37,258 nucleotides of DNA from IMG/VR virus record IMGVR_UViG_3300024518_001892, positions 1 to 37,258 of that record. One strand, 5' to 3'. Positions 17,536-26,941 of this stretch are shown here, in pieces. This stretch comes from a virus (lineage: Duplodnaviria; Caudoviricetes). Under the pieces are notes generated by a model, which was not told the DNA's origin, made no database searches, and saw only the letters and a list, made by a program, of their open reading frames with translations. The stretch's first letter is position 1; every line of letters starts with the position of its first letter. Made by a program: the position numbers and the translations under genes.

Positions 17536-20500
17536 ATGGTCGATTATGCAACGCTTGGTATTAAGGTCGAAAGCAGTGATCTGAAGCGTGGGAAAACCGA
17601 ACTTGGGCAATTCACCAAGGCGGGTAAGGACACCGAACGCGAAACCGCAAAATCCATGGGCGGTGTCTCAAAGTCTTTTTCTTCGGTAACGTCGTCTGTA
17701 AAAACGATGGCCGCGCAGCTTGTTGCTGTTGCGGGTGTTGCAGCGACTGTGCGCAAGGCTTTGGGGGCGGCTGAAGAATACGCAAACATGCGAAACGGGC
17801 TTCTGGGGATTGGCTCAACATCCGAACAGGCAGCAAGCCAGCTTGGGCGATTGGCGCAGATTGCAAGAGACACAAGAACGCCCCTTGAGGCTACGGCATC
17901 CCTGTACACGAAAATGCGTGTTTCGGCTCAAAAGAGCATCGGCGCAACCGACGAAGAAATGTTCAAATTCAGCCAAACCATCGCCACGGCGCTCGCTGCT
18001 TCGGGGACTTCTGCGACTGCGGCTTCGGGTGCGCTCACGCAGCTTTCGCAGGCCATGAGCGGCGGCGTGGTACGCGCTGAAGAATTCAACTCTATGATTG
18101 AAGGCGCGCCGGGGCTGTTGATCGCTGTTGCAAACGGGATTGATGGCGTGAACGGCGACCTTGGTGCATTGCGGCAAATGATGCTTGATGGCAAGTTGAC
18201 AAGCGAAGTTTTCTTTGACGCCATGCTCAGTCAGTCGGAAGTTGTTAAAGATGCGTTCGGCAACACAACGGCAACTATCGGGGGGGCGTTTCAGGTTCTA
18301 AATGACAGCTTTACGGTCTTCATTGGAACGGCGGACCAAGGGGCGGGACTGACCAGCACGCTTGCAGATGCGATCCTGCTTGTTGCTGACAATCTTGATG
18401 TTTTGATCCCGATTTTGGGACTTGCCGTAACCGCAATTCTTGCCATTTCAGCGCCCGTTACGTTGACCGTCACCGCGTTGGCAGCGCTGGCCTTCGCAGT
18501 TGTGACGCATTGGGACGAAATCACAGCAAAATTCGATGAAGCTATTTCTTGGTTCGGCGATTTGGGGAATACGGCTGCGCTTGCCATGCTTGATTTGAAC
18601 CTTGCCGTTGCGCGCGGAATAGACGCCTTGGGGGAGGCTTGGGACGCCGCAATCAAAGCCGTGGTTGATTTCGGGGCTGATTTGTGGGGGTCGCTGAAGG
18701 ACACCGCAAAAGACGCGTTAAAGGCGGCAGAGGAAATCGGAAACGAGATTGTCGCTGGTATCAAACAGGGCATTTCTGAAAAATGGAAAGATCTCAAAAG
18801 CTATATTTCCGACTTGGGCACAGGAATGCTGGACGGCATAAAGGACAAGCTCGGAATTCGATCCCCGTCCCGTGAATTCGCAAAAATAGGCCGCTGGTCT
18901 GTTGAGGGTTTGGCGCAAGGTATTGACGAAAATACTGCGGTTGCGGAGGCCAGTTCGCGCGAACTGGGGGCTGTAGTTGGCGATGCCATAGGGGATTTGG
19001 GCGGCGCATGGAAAGACTTTGTGGTCGGCGGGTTTGAGGATTTCAAAGACTTTGCCAAGAATGTCCTAAACATCTTTAAAAACATGCTGTTTGACATGAT
19101 TTTTACAGCCAAGAGAAACCCAATCAATTTCACCGGTGGCATAAGCGGCGGCGGCGGTGCTGTTGGCACAGCGGCTCAGGCCGCGGGTGGCGGGGGCATG
19201 GGCTTCGGCGGGATTGGAACCGCTGTTTCAACCTTCGGGACGGCTGCGCTTGGCGGGTTTACAAACGCTTTGGGGGCCACTTTGAGTGGTGGTCTGAGCA
19301 TGGGGTTTGCATCCATCGGCGGGCAAGTTGGTGCAGCGATGGCTGCCCCCGGCATTGCGTCGATTAGCGCGGCTCTGGGTGCGGTGGCCTTGCCCGTCAT
19401 GGCAGTCATCGCTGCAATCTCATTCTTCAAAAAGAAAGTGACCGAATTGGACCGTGGTATCAACTTCGCTGCGGAAAACATGGCCGTGTCGATCGAAGGG
19501 TATAAAAAGATCAACACCAAGCGGTTCTGGGGGCTTTCCAGCAAGGACAGCGAACAGGCGTTCGACGGGTACGACGAAGGCATCCCGCCCATGGTCAAGG
19601 CCGTAAACGAAGTGCAACAGGGCATCGTGGACGCCGCCGCCGCGTTGGGTGTCGGTGCCGAGGCGTTTGACAAGTTCACCTATGAATTCCAATCCAGCTT
19701 CAAGGACATGACGGAAGACCAAATTCAGGCCGAACTGACAGCCAAATTCCGGCAGCTTGGGCATGACTTCGCGGTTCTGATCCCCGGCCTTGAGGGGATG
19801 ACCAAAGAAGGTGAACTTGCGTCTGACACGCTTTACATGCTGGTCAACAGCCTGAACGGCGTGAATACCACGTTTGAAGTTTTGGGCTTTTCTATGCTTG
19901 ACGCCACCCTTGAAGGCGCGGCGTTGGCACAATCTTTCGTCAACATCTTTGGCAGCATGGAAAACCTGAACGCGGCGGCGACGGCATATTACCAGCGCTT
20001 CTATTCCGAAGCTGAACGCACAGCATACGCCACTGCCCAAATGCGGATCGCGCTTGCACAGCTTGGCTTTGTGATGCCGACAACAATCGAAGGCTTCAGG
20101 GCACTGGTGGAACAAGCGGAGCGCATGGGCGACCTTGACACGGCGGGGCAGTTGATCGCGATGAGCGGCGCTTTTGCGGGTGTTGTTGACGCGAACGAAG
20201 CGGCGTACAACGGCGCGGCGGACGATCTGCGTGCGGCCTTCGCGCGTGAACAGCAGGCAACGCGGGACCATTTTGCTCTGATCATCGGGGCGCTACAAGA
20301 CAGGCTGACCGACGCGCGCGAGCGCTTGCAAAACTCTAAGGCCATCGCAGACGCGCTGTCCAATGCGCTGCGGTCCCGCGTGTTCCCAAGTGTCACGGCA
20401 CAGCGCCAATCTCAGGACGCTGCGGCGGCGTATCTTGCTTCGCTGGTGGGCAACCCCATAACCGATCAAGCGGCTTTGAGAGAAGCTCTGAGTGCCGTGG

Positions 20501-21321
20501 CGAACCCTTCTGCGGACACGTATTCAACTCTTGAGGAATATCGCAAGGACTTCGACAAGACGACGGGCGTTATTGCCTCCCTTGAGAAGTCTGCCGGGAT
20601 TTCGATGGCGGCAGATGAACAAGCTGTCCTGTTGCTTGAAGAGCAAATAGCAGACGCGCAGGCGCAATCAGATAAGCAAGTGGCGCTCCTGCAATCGCAG
20701 CTCGATGGATTGCTTGGTATCGAAACCGCAATTCAGACCCTAGCAGAAGCCATGACGGCTTTCCAGAACGCCAAGGCAGGTGGATTTGCTGGTGTTGGGC
20801 CGGTCACGGGTTCAACCACGGGGGTCTTCGGGTCAACCACAACCCTTGACCAGTTTGCAGACGCGAGCAACGCGCGGGCAATTCAGGACATCTACAGAGA
20901 AGTTCTTGGTCGCGGGGCTGACCAAGCGGGCTTGCAGTATTATGTAGACCTTGCCCGTGAAAGCATGAGTATTGCATCAATTCGTGATCTTATTTCAGGA
21001 TCGACAGAGGCGCGAACGGGCGTTATCCCTGCGTTCGCGGATGGCGGCGCGCACAGCGGCGGATGGCGCATGGTTGGCGAACGCGGCCCTGAGCTGGAAT
21101 ACACCGGGCCAAGCAAAGTCATGTCAAACAGCGCAAGCAAGGCGGCGCTCGACAATACAGCGGTTGTTGCTGAGTTGCGGGCGCTTCGGAATGAGCAAAC
21201 GGCAATCGCTTCTAGCGTCGCAAGGAATTCAGCGCGTACCGCTCAAATCCTCGACAAGTGGGACAACATCGGCACACCCGGCACCGCATTTGGCGAAGTC
21301 GTTACAACAGAGGTATCATAA
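17536..21321 (+). CDS. Tail tape measure protein
   Basis: 1261 aa, Ala/Gly-rich helical; QLSQAMSGGVVRAEEFNSM domain; LGIRSPSR motif; C-terminal FADGG...VGERGPE. Confidence 0.93.
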   Translation: MVDYATLGIKVESSDLKRGKTELGQFTKAGKDTERETAKSMGGVSKSFSSVTSSVKTMAAQLVAVAGVAATVRKALGAAEEYANMRNGLLGIGSTSEQAASQLGRLAQIARDTRTPLEATASLYTKMRVSAQKSIGATDEEMFKFSQTIATALAASGTSATAASGALTQLSQAMSGGVVRAEEFNSMIEGAPGLLIAVANGIDGVNGDLGALRQMMLDGKLTSEVFFDAMLSQSEVVKDAFGNTTATIGGAFQVLNDSFTVFIGTADQGAGLTSTLADAILLVADNLDVLIPILGLAVTAILAISAPVTLTVTALAALAFAVVTHWDEITAKFDEAISWFGDLGNTAALAMLDLNLAVARGIDALGEAWDAAIKAVVDFGADLWGSLKDTAKDALKAAEEIGNEIVAGIKQGISEKWKDLKSYISDLGTGMLDGIKDKLGIRSPSREFAKIGRWSVEGLAQGIDENTAVAEASSRELGAVVGDAIGDLGGAWKDFVVGGFEDFKDFAKNVLNIFKNMLFDMIFTAKRNPINFTGGISGGGGAVGTAAQAAGGGGMGFGGIGTAVSTFGTAALGGFTNALGATLSGGLSMGFASIGGQVGAAMAAPGIASISAALGAVALPVMAVIAAISFFKKKVTELDRGINFAAENMAVSIEGYKKINTKRFWGLSSKDSEQAFDGYDEGIPPMVKAVNEVQQGIVDAAAALGVGAEAFDKFTYEFQSSFKDMTEDQIQAELTAKFRQLGHDFAVLIPGLEGMTKEGELASDTLYMLVNSLNGVNTTFEVLGFSMLDATLEGAALAQSFVNIFGSMENLNAAATAYYQRFYSEAERTAYATAQMRIALAQLGFVMPTTIEGFRALVEQAERMGDLDTAGQLIAMSGAFAGVVDANEAAYNGAADDLRAAFAREQQATRDHFALIIGALQDRLTDARERLQNSKAIADALSNALRSRVFPSVTAQRQSQDAAAAYLASLVGNPITDQAALREALSAVANPSADTYSTLEEYRKDFDKTTGVIASLEKSAGISMAADEQAVLLLEEQIADAQAQSDKQVALLQSQLDGLLGIETAIQTLAEAMTAFQNAKAGGFAGVGPVTGSTTGVFGSTTTLDQFADASNARAIQDIYREVLGRGADQAGLQYYVDLARESMSIASIRDLISGSTEARTGVIPAFADGGAHSGGWRMVGERGPELEYTGPSKVMSNSASKAALDNTAVVAELRALRNEQTAIASSVARNSARTAQILDKWDNIGTPGTAFGEVVTTEVS

Positions 21322-22217
21322 TGACTGCGAAAATGACGCCAGTGATCGACGTGACAGACGCAATTTTGGTTTCCAGTACGGTGCCCGAAACTGACCACCC
21401 CGTTTGGGCGGTCGGGACCACTTATGCGCTTGCCGCGAATGTGATCAAGGGCCATAAAATTTGGGAAAGCGTGCAGGCTGGCAACCTTGGTAATGACCCC
21501 GAAACAGATGACGGTACTTGGTGGACTGAAGGTCTGGCCACAAACCGATGGAAGGTTTTTGACGGGTACTTGCAGGACCAGACGTCACAAGCGACCAGTG
21601 CGGAATGGGTGCTGACCCCCGGTCAATATTTTGACACAGTGGCTTTCCTCAATATCAACGCTGCTGCGGTTCAGATCGTCATCGACGACCCTGCGGAGGG
21701 TGAAGTTTACAATGAAACATACGACCTTGTTGACAATAGCGCTGTTTTTGATGGCTGGTCATACTTTTTCGCGCCAATAATTCAGCGGTCAAACTTCTGC
21801 GTGTCGGACTTACCTCCATACCAATCGGCAACGATGACAATCACGTTCACCGGGACGACGGTTTTTGTCGGTCAAATCGCAATGGGCCTTGCAGAGGTTC
21901 TTGGATTTACGTCGAACCAGATGCCTATTGGAATTGAGGACTACACGCGCCTGAACGAGGACACCTTCGGGCGGACATCACCCGTTGTTCGTGGGTATGC
22001 CCGAACAGCAACGCCGATGGTTGTTGTCGATCGCGCGCGCGTGCGTTATCTTGAGCGGGTTGTTGCAGACCAGCGCGGCATCCCTACAATCTGGTCATTT
22101 GATACGCCGGACGGCGCAAGCGACTTGGTTTATTTAGGGTTTTTCAGGCGCTTTTCCATGGTTTACCAATACGCCAACAAAGCCACATTCGACCTTGAAA
22201 TCAGGAGCCTAGTTTAA
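21321..22217 (+). CDS. Tail tip / distal tail structural protein
   Basis: TAATG coupling to the tape measure gene (298 aa); short W-rich module W..GTTYA...HKIWES; TNRWKVFD and DTFG motifs. Confidence 0.72.
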   Translation: MTAKMTPVIDVTDAILVSSTVPETDHPVWAVGTTYALAANVIKGHKIWESVQAGNLGNDPETDDGTWWTEGLATNRWKVFDGYLQDQTSQATSAEWVLTPGQYFDTVAFLNINAAAVQIVIDDPAEGEVYNETYDLVDNSAVFDGWSYFFAPIIQRSNFCVSDLPPYQSATMTITFTGTTVFVGQIAMGLAEVLGFTSNQMPIGIEDYTRLNEDTFGRTSPVVRGYARTATPMVVVDRARVRYLERVVADQRGIPTIWSFDTPDGASDLVYLGFFRRFSMVYQYANKATFDLEIRSLV

Positions 22218-23668
22218 TGTCCGATCCTACATTTACCACGCCGCCGGACGCGCCGAGCAGGGCGTCACCTTCAACTTTTAGCAGCCGGACCGATGCCTTC
22301 CTTGCGTGGATGGTCACGTTCAAGGACGAATTGTCGACGGCGGTTTCTTGGTTTTCCAGCACTGCTGCCACCGTTTCTGCCGCTGCAACGACAACTGTTG
22401 CCGCGTCGGAGGCGGCGGTTGGGGCTGCGAATTACCAAGGTGATTATGACGCGGGGACACTTTATACAATCGGGCAGAGTGTCAGCTATGGAGGGTCCGT
22501 TTTCGCCAAGAAAAGCACAGCCGCAGCAGGTACAACACCCGTCGAAGGGGCTGACTGGCTAGCGTTTGGCTCAGACGATTCAGTTGCAGCTCTAACCCCA
22601 GCAGCGACAGTTGACATTGACATTTCTACGGCGAACTATTTTACGCTAACGCCTAATGTTAACACAACATTCACCTTGTCCAACACAACCGCCGTTGATA
22701 GCTTCACGCTGGCTTTGACGGGTGGTGGTGAAAGTGGTTTTGCCTTGGGGAGGGCTTCATACGATAGCGTTAGCTTTAGTGTCACCTCTCAAGATGCAAA
22801 CCCTAGCAGCATAGCCTTCAACCCTGACGGTACAAAGATGTACATGCTGGGGCGCAGTAGCGACCGCGTCTATCAATACACCCTTTCAACAGGTTTTGAT
22901 GTAAGCACAGCTTCATACGATAGCGTTAGCTTTAGTGTCAACGCTCAAGAATCAAGCCCCTACGGCCTAGCCTTCAACACTGACGGGACAAAGATGTACA
23001 TGGTGGGGATCACTAACGACCGCGTCTATCAATACACCCTTTCAACAGGTTTTGATGTAAGCACAGCTTCATATGCTAGCCTTAGCTTTAGTGTCGTCGG
23101 TCAAGAATCAAACTCTAGCGCCATAACCTTTAATACTGACGGCACGAAGATGTACCTATCGGGGGTTGGTAACGACAGCGTCCATCAATACACCCTTTCA
23201 ACAGGTTTTGATGTAAGCACAGCTTCTTATGATAGCGTTAGCTTAAGTGTCGCCTCTCAAGATATAAACCCCAACGACATAGCCTTTAATACTGACGGTA
23301 CGAAGATGTACATGCTGGGGTCAACTAGCGACACCGTTTATGAATACAATCTTTCAACAGGTTTTGACCTAAGCACAGCTTCATATGCCAGCATTAGCTT
23401 TAGTGTCGCCTCTCAAGATACAGGCGCAACCGGCCTAGCCTTTAATGCTGACGGCACGAAGATGTACGTGGTTGGTACCGATGCCAAGGCCGTTTACCAA
23501 TACAGCATGACCACCGGCGCATCTCTGACCTATCCCGCAGCGGTCAAATGGTCCGGAGGTATAGCCCCAGACACCCCCGGTGTTGGCGAGATTGATGTAA
23601 TCACAGCATTTACAGTTGATGGCGGGACGACTTGGTACGCAACTCTAACGGGTGACGCACTGGCGTAA
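22217..23668 (+). CDS. Tail fibre / receptor-binding protein with five 52-aa beta-propeller-like repeats
   Basis: N-terminal anchor PSRASPSTFSSRTDAF; five repeats containing FNxDGTKMY; C-terminal KWSGG..P...DGGTTWY. Confidence 0.8.
   Translation: MSDPTFTTPPDAPSRASPSTFSSRTDAFLAWMVTFKDELSTAVSWFSSTAATVSAAATTTVAASEAAVGAANYQGDYDAGTLYTIGQSVSYGGSVFAKKSTAAAGTTPVEGADWLAFGSDDSVAALTPAATVDIDISTANYFTLTPNVNTTFTLSNTTAVDSFTLALTGGGESGFALGRASYDSVSFSVTSQDANPSSIAFNPDGTKMYMLGRSSDRVYQYTLSTGFDVSTASYDSVSFSVNAQESSPYGLAFNTDGTKMYMVGITNDRVYQYTLSTGFDVSTASYASLSFSVVGQESNSSAITFNTDGTKMYLSGVGNDSVHQYTLSTGFDVSTASYDSVSLSVASQDINPNDIAFNTDGTKMYMLGSTSDTVYEYNLSTGFDLSTASYASISFSVASQDTGATGLAFNADGTKMYVVGTDAKAVYQYSMTTGASLTYPAAVKWSGGIAPDTPGVGEIDVITAFTVDGGTTWYATLTGDALA
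22754..23510 (+). repeat. 156-bp tandem repeat, five units (last truncated)
   Basis: CTTCATACGATAGCGTTAGC at 22755 and 22911; ATCAATACACCCTTTCAACAGGTTTTGATGTAAGCACAGCTTC is identical in three units. Confidence 0.9.
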
Positions 23669-23710
23669 ACACACCTACACCTACATGGCAATCAGAGCGG
23701 AGGGTTTATA

Positions 23711-24352
23711 ATGGACCTGATTAAAGTTACAGACGGACAAGCGCAAAAATACACGTACAGGCAGTTCAAACTGGACAACCCACGTACATCATTCCCCAAG
23801 CAACCGAGTTTGGGGATTTTGGCAGAATACGGTGTGTTTACCTATACCAGTGAAAAACCTGAGCATGACGCAAGCAAGCAATATGCTTTGCCGGGGGACA
23901 TTGTTCAGGTAGGCGGTAAATGGGTGCAGGAATGGACCTTGCATGACATTATCCGCTACCCTGATCTTGCGTCTGCGCGGGAAGCAATGCTTGGTTTCAT
24001 CGACGGTCTGACCAAAAAGATCACTGACCAGTACCCAGCGGCAGAAGTTTCCGCATGGCCTTCTAAAGCAGAGGCAGCACGGGCAGTCATTGCAGGGACA
24101 GCGAGGGCGGATCAAACAGCGATGATCCAAGACGAAGCTGATCTGACAGGCGCAACCCTTACTGACCAAGCGGCGGCCATCGTTGCCAAGGCAGAAGTTT
24201 TTGAGGCCATTGTTGCTAGGGTCAGCGGGTTGCGCCAAGTAACTGATGCTTGGCTTGTTGAGGCCACAACGTCAGCGGAACGCGAGGCGGTGCTAGACGA
24301 TGCACAGGCTCAGGCGGCAACGCTCGCTGATGCTGCATATGGTCTTGGGTGA
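23711..24352 (+). CDS. Putative tail fibre assembly / accessory protein
   Basis: GGAGAGG RBS; DNPRTSFP N-terminal motif and helical YP..E...W..K..EA C-terminal domain; follows the fibre gene. Confidence 0.65.
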   Translation: MDLIKVTDGQAQKYTYRQFKLDNPRTSFPKQPSLGILAEYGVFTYTSEKPEHDASKQYALPGDIVQVGGKWVQEWTLHDIIRYPDLASAREAMLGFIDGLTKKITDQYPAAEVSAWPSKAEAARAVIAGTARADQTAMIQDEADLTGATLTDQAAAIVAKAEVFEAIVARVSGLRQVTDAWLVEATTSAEREAVLDDAQAQAATLADAAYGLG

Positions 24353-24783
24353 TGCTGCGTTTCGCCTTCTACAAAGCACCGGGGACCGCCACTGACAAGC
24401 TGATCCGCCTTGCCAGCCGATCGCCATATTCACACGTTGAATTTGTGATGGGTGACACTTGCATCAGCGCCAGCAAGCGCGATGGCGGCAAGGTGCGCGA
24501 AAAGCAAATCAGCTTTAGGCCGGGGCATTGGGATTTTCTCGAGGTGCTGGGGGACCATGCCAGCGCCTCGACATTCGCAGCATGGATGGCAGCGGAGGCG
24601 GTCCCTTACTGCATGCTGGGCGCGATCACATCAGTCACGCCCTTTCATTTGAGCAGGCGCGGCCGAGTGTTTTGCAGCGAATTGATGGGCCTGATTTGCA
24701 ACGCGGGCGGGCATGATATTGCGGAACCGTGGCGGCTGACCCCCGGCGAACTTCACGACATTTTGAAGCGCATGAGCGCATGA
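24349..24783 (+). CDS. Permuted papain-like (NlpC/P60, YiiX-like) hydrolase
   Basis: SPYSHVE (His) precedes FCSEL (Cys); terminal TPGEL. Confidence 0.72.
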   Translation: MMLRFAFYKAPGTATDKLIRLASRSPYSHVEFVMGDTCISASKRDGGKVREKQISFRPGHWDFLEVLGDHASASTFAAWMAAEAVPYCMLGAITSVTPFHLSRRGRVFCSELMGLICNAGGHDIAEPWRLTPGELHDILKRMSA

Positions 24784-24785
24784 AC

Positions 24786-24827
24786 CGCGTGAAAGCAGTA
24801 GCGCAATCGCGTGAAAGCAGTAGCGCA
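24786..24827. repeat. 20-bp perfect direct repeat (22-bp period)
   Basis: CGCGTGAAAGCAGTAGCGCA at 24786-24805 and 24808-24827. Confidence 0.95.
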
Positions 24828-24838
24828 GAAAGGCCGCA

Positions 24839-25138
24839 ATGTTGGGCAAAGAGATAGAGTTTTGGGCCGTCATCGCGGGTATGGCGTTTTATGTCGCTGC
24901 GCGAGACGCTGAAAAGGAAGCGCCACTCAAGCGCATTGCCAAGACAGCGGCATCGGCGTTCTTGGCCTATGGCTTGGCCGATGGTGTTGCGCCGTACTTG
25001 AACAACAGCCCCACATTTGCGGCGGTGCTTATCATGGGTTTTGGGCTGATCATTCTGGACGTTGGCACTGCGCTGCTGATGGACCGCGACCTGATCAAAG
25101 ATTTGGTACGCAGAAAGTTTGGGGGGAAAAATGAATAA
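24839..25138 (+). CDS. Putative holin
   Basis: 99 aa, two or three hydrophobic segments, basic C-terminus; first gene of the lysis cassette. Confidence 0.62.
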   Translation: MLGKEIEFWAVIAGMAFYVAARDAEKEAPLKRIAKTAASAFLAYGLADGVAPYLNNSPTFAAVLIMGFGLIILDVGTALLMDRDLIKDLVRRKFGGKNE

Positions 25139-25643
25139 CACAAAGGCGGCACTTCTCAGCAACGCGCCGATGTTTTTTGCAATGGTGTTTCTTGGTTTCA
25201 TTATTGCATGGCCGCAAGTCGATGCAACGCTATCGGAAAATCGCGGGTATAGGGACATGCGGGGGCTGACGCCATTCTCGCTGGTTCAGGTCACACGGTC
25301 CGAGGTGATTGAAGGAGGCATTGTTGTGCATGGCGTGATGCGCAAAGACCGCTGCGACGTCATACCCGATCTGATCAGGGCGCGGGTGCAGTTTGAGGGC
25401 ATGCCTTCAAAACGCACAACCGTTGACACATCCCCGGAGGACCGGATCACGGGGCTGGTCGGGGTGAGCCGCCCGCCATCCGAAGAAGTCGAGGTATGGG
25501 GGCCGTGGCTCATTCGGTGGAAAGGCGAAAAGCCGGACGGCTGGCGTATCTTTGTCACCCACGACAACTGCCCAACACCACCCTACGAGCAAACAAACCT
25601 TTTCGCGTCCGGCCCTTGGGCGGACGTTACACCGGAGGAATAG
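25131..25643 (+). CDS. Membrane-anchored periplasmic protein in the lysis cassette (antiholin-like candidate)
   Basis: Single N-terminal TM segment, soluble domain with two Cys; ATG at 25131. Confidence 0.6.
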   Translation: MNNTKAALLSNAPMFFAMVFLGFIIAWPQVDATLSENRGYRDMRGLTPFSLVQVTRSEVIEGGIVVHGVMRKDRCDVIPDLIRARVQFEGMPSKRTTVDTSPEDRITGLVGVSRPPSEEVEVWGPWLIRWKGEKPDGWRIFVTHDNCPTPPYEQTNLFASGPWADVTPEE

Positions 25644-25645
25644 AC

Positions 25646-26410
25646 ATGCAGGCCAATTTCAAATCGTCCCTTGCGGCGGTCCTTGTCCACGAAGGCGGGT
25701 ATGTGAACCACCCGCGCGACCCGGGCGGGGCAACCAACAAGGGCATCACGCACCGCACATATGCGGCGTACCTTACCCGCAACAAAATGCCCGCAACAGA
25801 TGTGCGACACATCACCGACGCAGAGGTCGCGTCCATCTATCGAAACCAATACTGGTCAAAGATCATGGGTGATGATCTGCCTTCGGGCGTCGATTATGCG
25901 GTGTTTGATTTTGCAGTAAATTCAGGGCCAGCGCGGGCGGCGAAGTTCCTGCAACGGATTGTCGGCGTGACGGCCGATGGCGCGATTGGGTTTCAGACTT
26001 TGAGCGCGGTTGCCAAGATGGACGCAGGCGAGATTGTCGCCAAGTTGTGCGCAAACCGTCTGGCATGGCTCAAGCGCCTCAAGCATTGGGACGCCTTCGG
26101 GCGCGGGTGGGAGCGCCGGGTGCTGGACGTGGCTAACAAGGCGGGCCGCATGGTGCGCGACCTGCCAAGCGCCACGGCAACAATCAAAGAGCCGCAGGCC
26201 AAGGCCGATGGCCCGATCACAACAACGGCGGCGATTGGCGAGGCCATGAAAGACCCCAAGGCGCTTGGCGGGGCGGTCGCTGTTGCGGCACCCGCGGCAA
26301 GCACGGTCCTGACCGGGGACGGTCCGGTGCAGTGGGCAATAGGGGCCGTGTTGGTCATTGCAGCCATTGGCGTTGCGTTCTGGCTATGGCAGCGGGGGCG
26401 TGACGAATGA
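25646..26410 (+). CDS. Endolysin, glycoside hydrolase family 108, with PG-binding domain and C-terminal hydrophobic tail
   Basis: HEGGYVNHPRDPGGATNKGIT, FDFAVNSG, FGRGW..R; GGAGG RBS before ATG 25646. Confidence 0.92.
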   Translation: MQANFKSSLAAVLVHEGGYVNHPRDPGGATNKGITHRTYAAYLTRNKMPATDVRHITDAEVASIYRNQYWSKIMGDDLPSGVDYAVFDFAVNSGPARAAKFLQRIVGVTADGAIGFQTLSAVAKMDAGEIVAKLCANRLAWLKRLKHWDAFGRGWERRVLDVANKAGRMVRDLPSATATIKEPQAKADGPITTTAAIGEAMKDPKALGGAVAVAAPAASTVLTGDGPVQWAIGAVLVIAAIGVAFWLWQRGRDE

Positions 26411-26718
26411 TCGCCCGGTACGCGCTATATGCGGCCCTAACAGTCGCTTTAGCCCTTGGGGGGTGGTCCATGTGGCTGATGCGGGCAAATGCGTCCCTGA
26501 CAGTCAAAAACGCCAGCTTGGAGCGGTCGGTTGCCGCGTACCGGGCGCAGGCGGAGCAAGCGGCCCTTGCGCGTGATGTAGAGAAAGCGCGCGCGGCACG
26601 GTTTGCGCAGCAGAGCGCGGACATGGCCGCGAAAATCGAAACAATCCTGACCGGAGGTATTCCCGATGCGGTTCTTGATCCTGCCCTTGCTGACATTCTT
26701 AACGGCTTGCGCGACTGA
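26407..26718 (+). CDS. Inner-membrane spanin (Rz-like)
   Basis: N-terminal TM helix plus coiled coil; follows the endolysin. Confidence 0.75.
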   Translation: MIARYALYAALTVALALGGWSMWLMRANASLTVKNASLERSVAAYRAQAEQAALARDVEKARAARFAQQSADMAAKIETILTGGIPDAVLDPALADILNGLRD

Positions 26719-26890
26719 AACGACATTCATCAAGCCAGACATCCCACCAGAGACCCTGACGCCATGCCCAATAAGCGAACGGCAGGTCAAAACGGTCAAT
26801 GAACTTGCTGTTCTGGCAACGGAACACCTGCGCAGCGCGACATGCGCCAACGGTAAGATTGAGGCAATCGCGGAGGTTCTGGCTTCCTGA
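26666..26890 (+). CDS. Outer-membrane spanin lipoprotein (Rz1-like)
   Basis: Lipobox LTAC, Pro-rich body, overlaps the Rz-like gene in another frame. Confidence 0.8.
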   Translation: MRFLILPLLTFLTACATETTFIKPDIPPETLTPCPISERQVKTVNELAVLATEHLRSATCANGKIEAIAEVLAS

Positions 26891-26899
26891 TAAGACAGC

Positions 26900-26935
26900 A
26901 AAACCCCGCGTTCCTGAAAAGGGCGCGGGGTTTTT
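26900..26935. terminator. Probably bidirectional intrinsic terminator between convergent operons
   Basis: AAAA-CCCCGCGTTC...GGGCGCGGGG-TTTTT. Confidence 0.8.
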
Positions 26936-26941
26936 GTCGTT

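Noticed and set aside
22754-23510. Possible diversity-generating retroelement (TR/VR) or CRISPR array
   Set aside because: No reverse transcriptase gene; differences are not adenine-specific; the repeats are in-frame coding units without spacers
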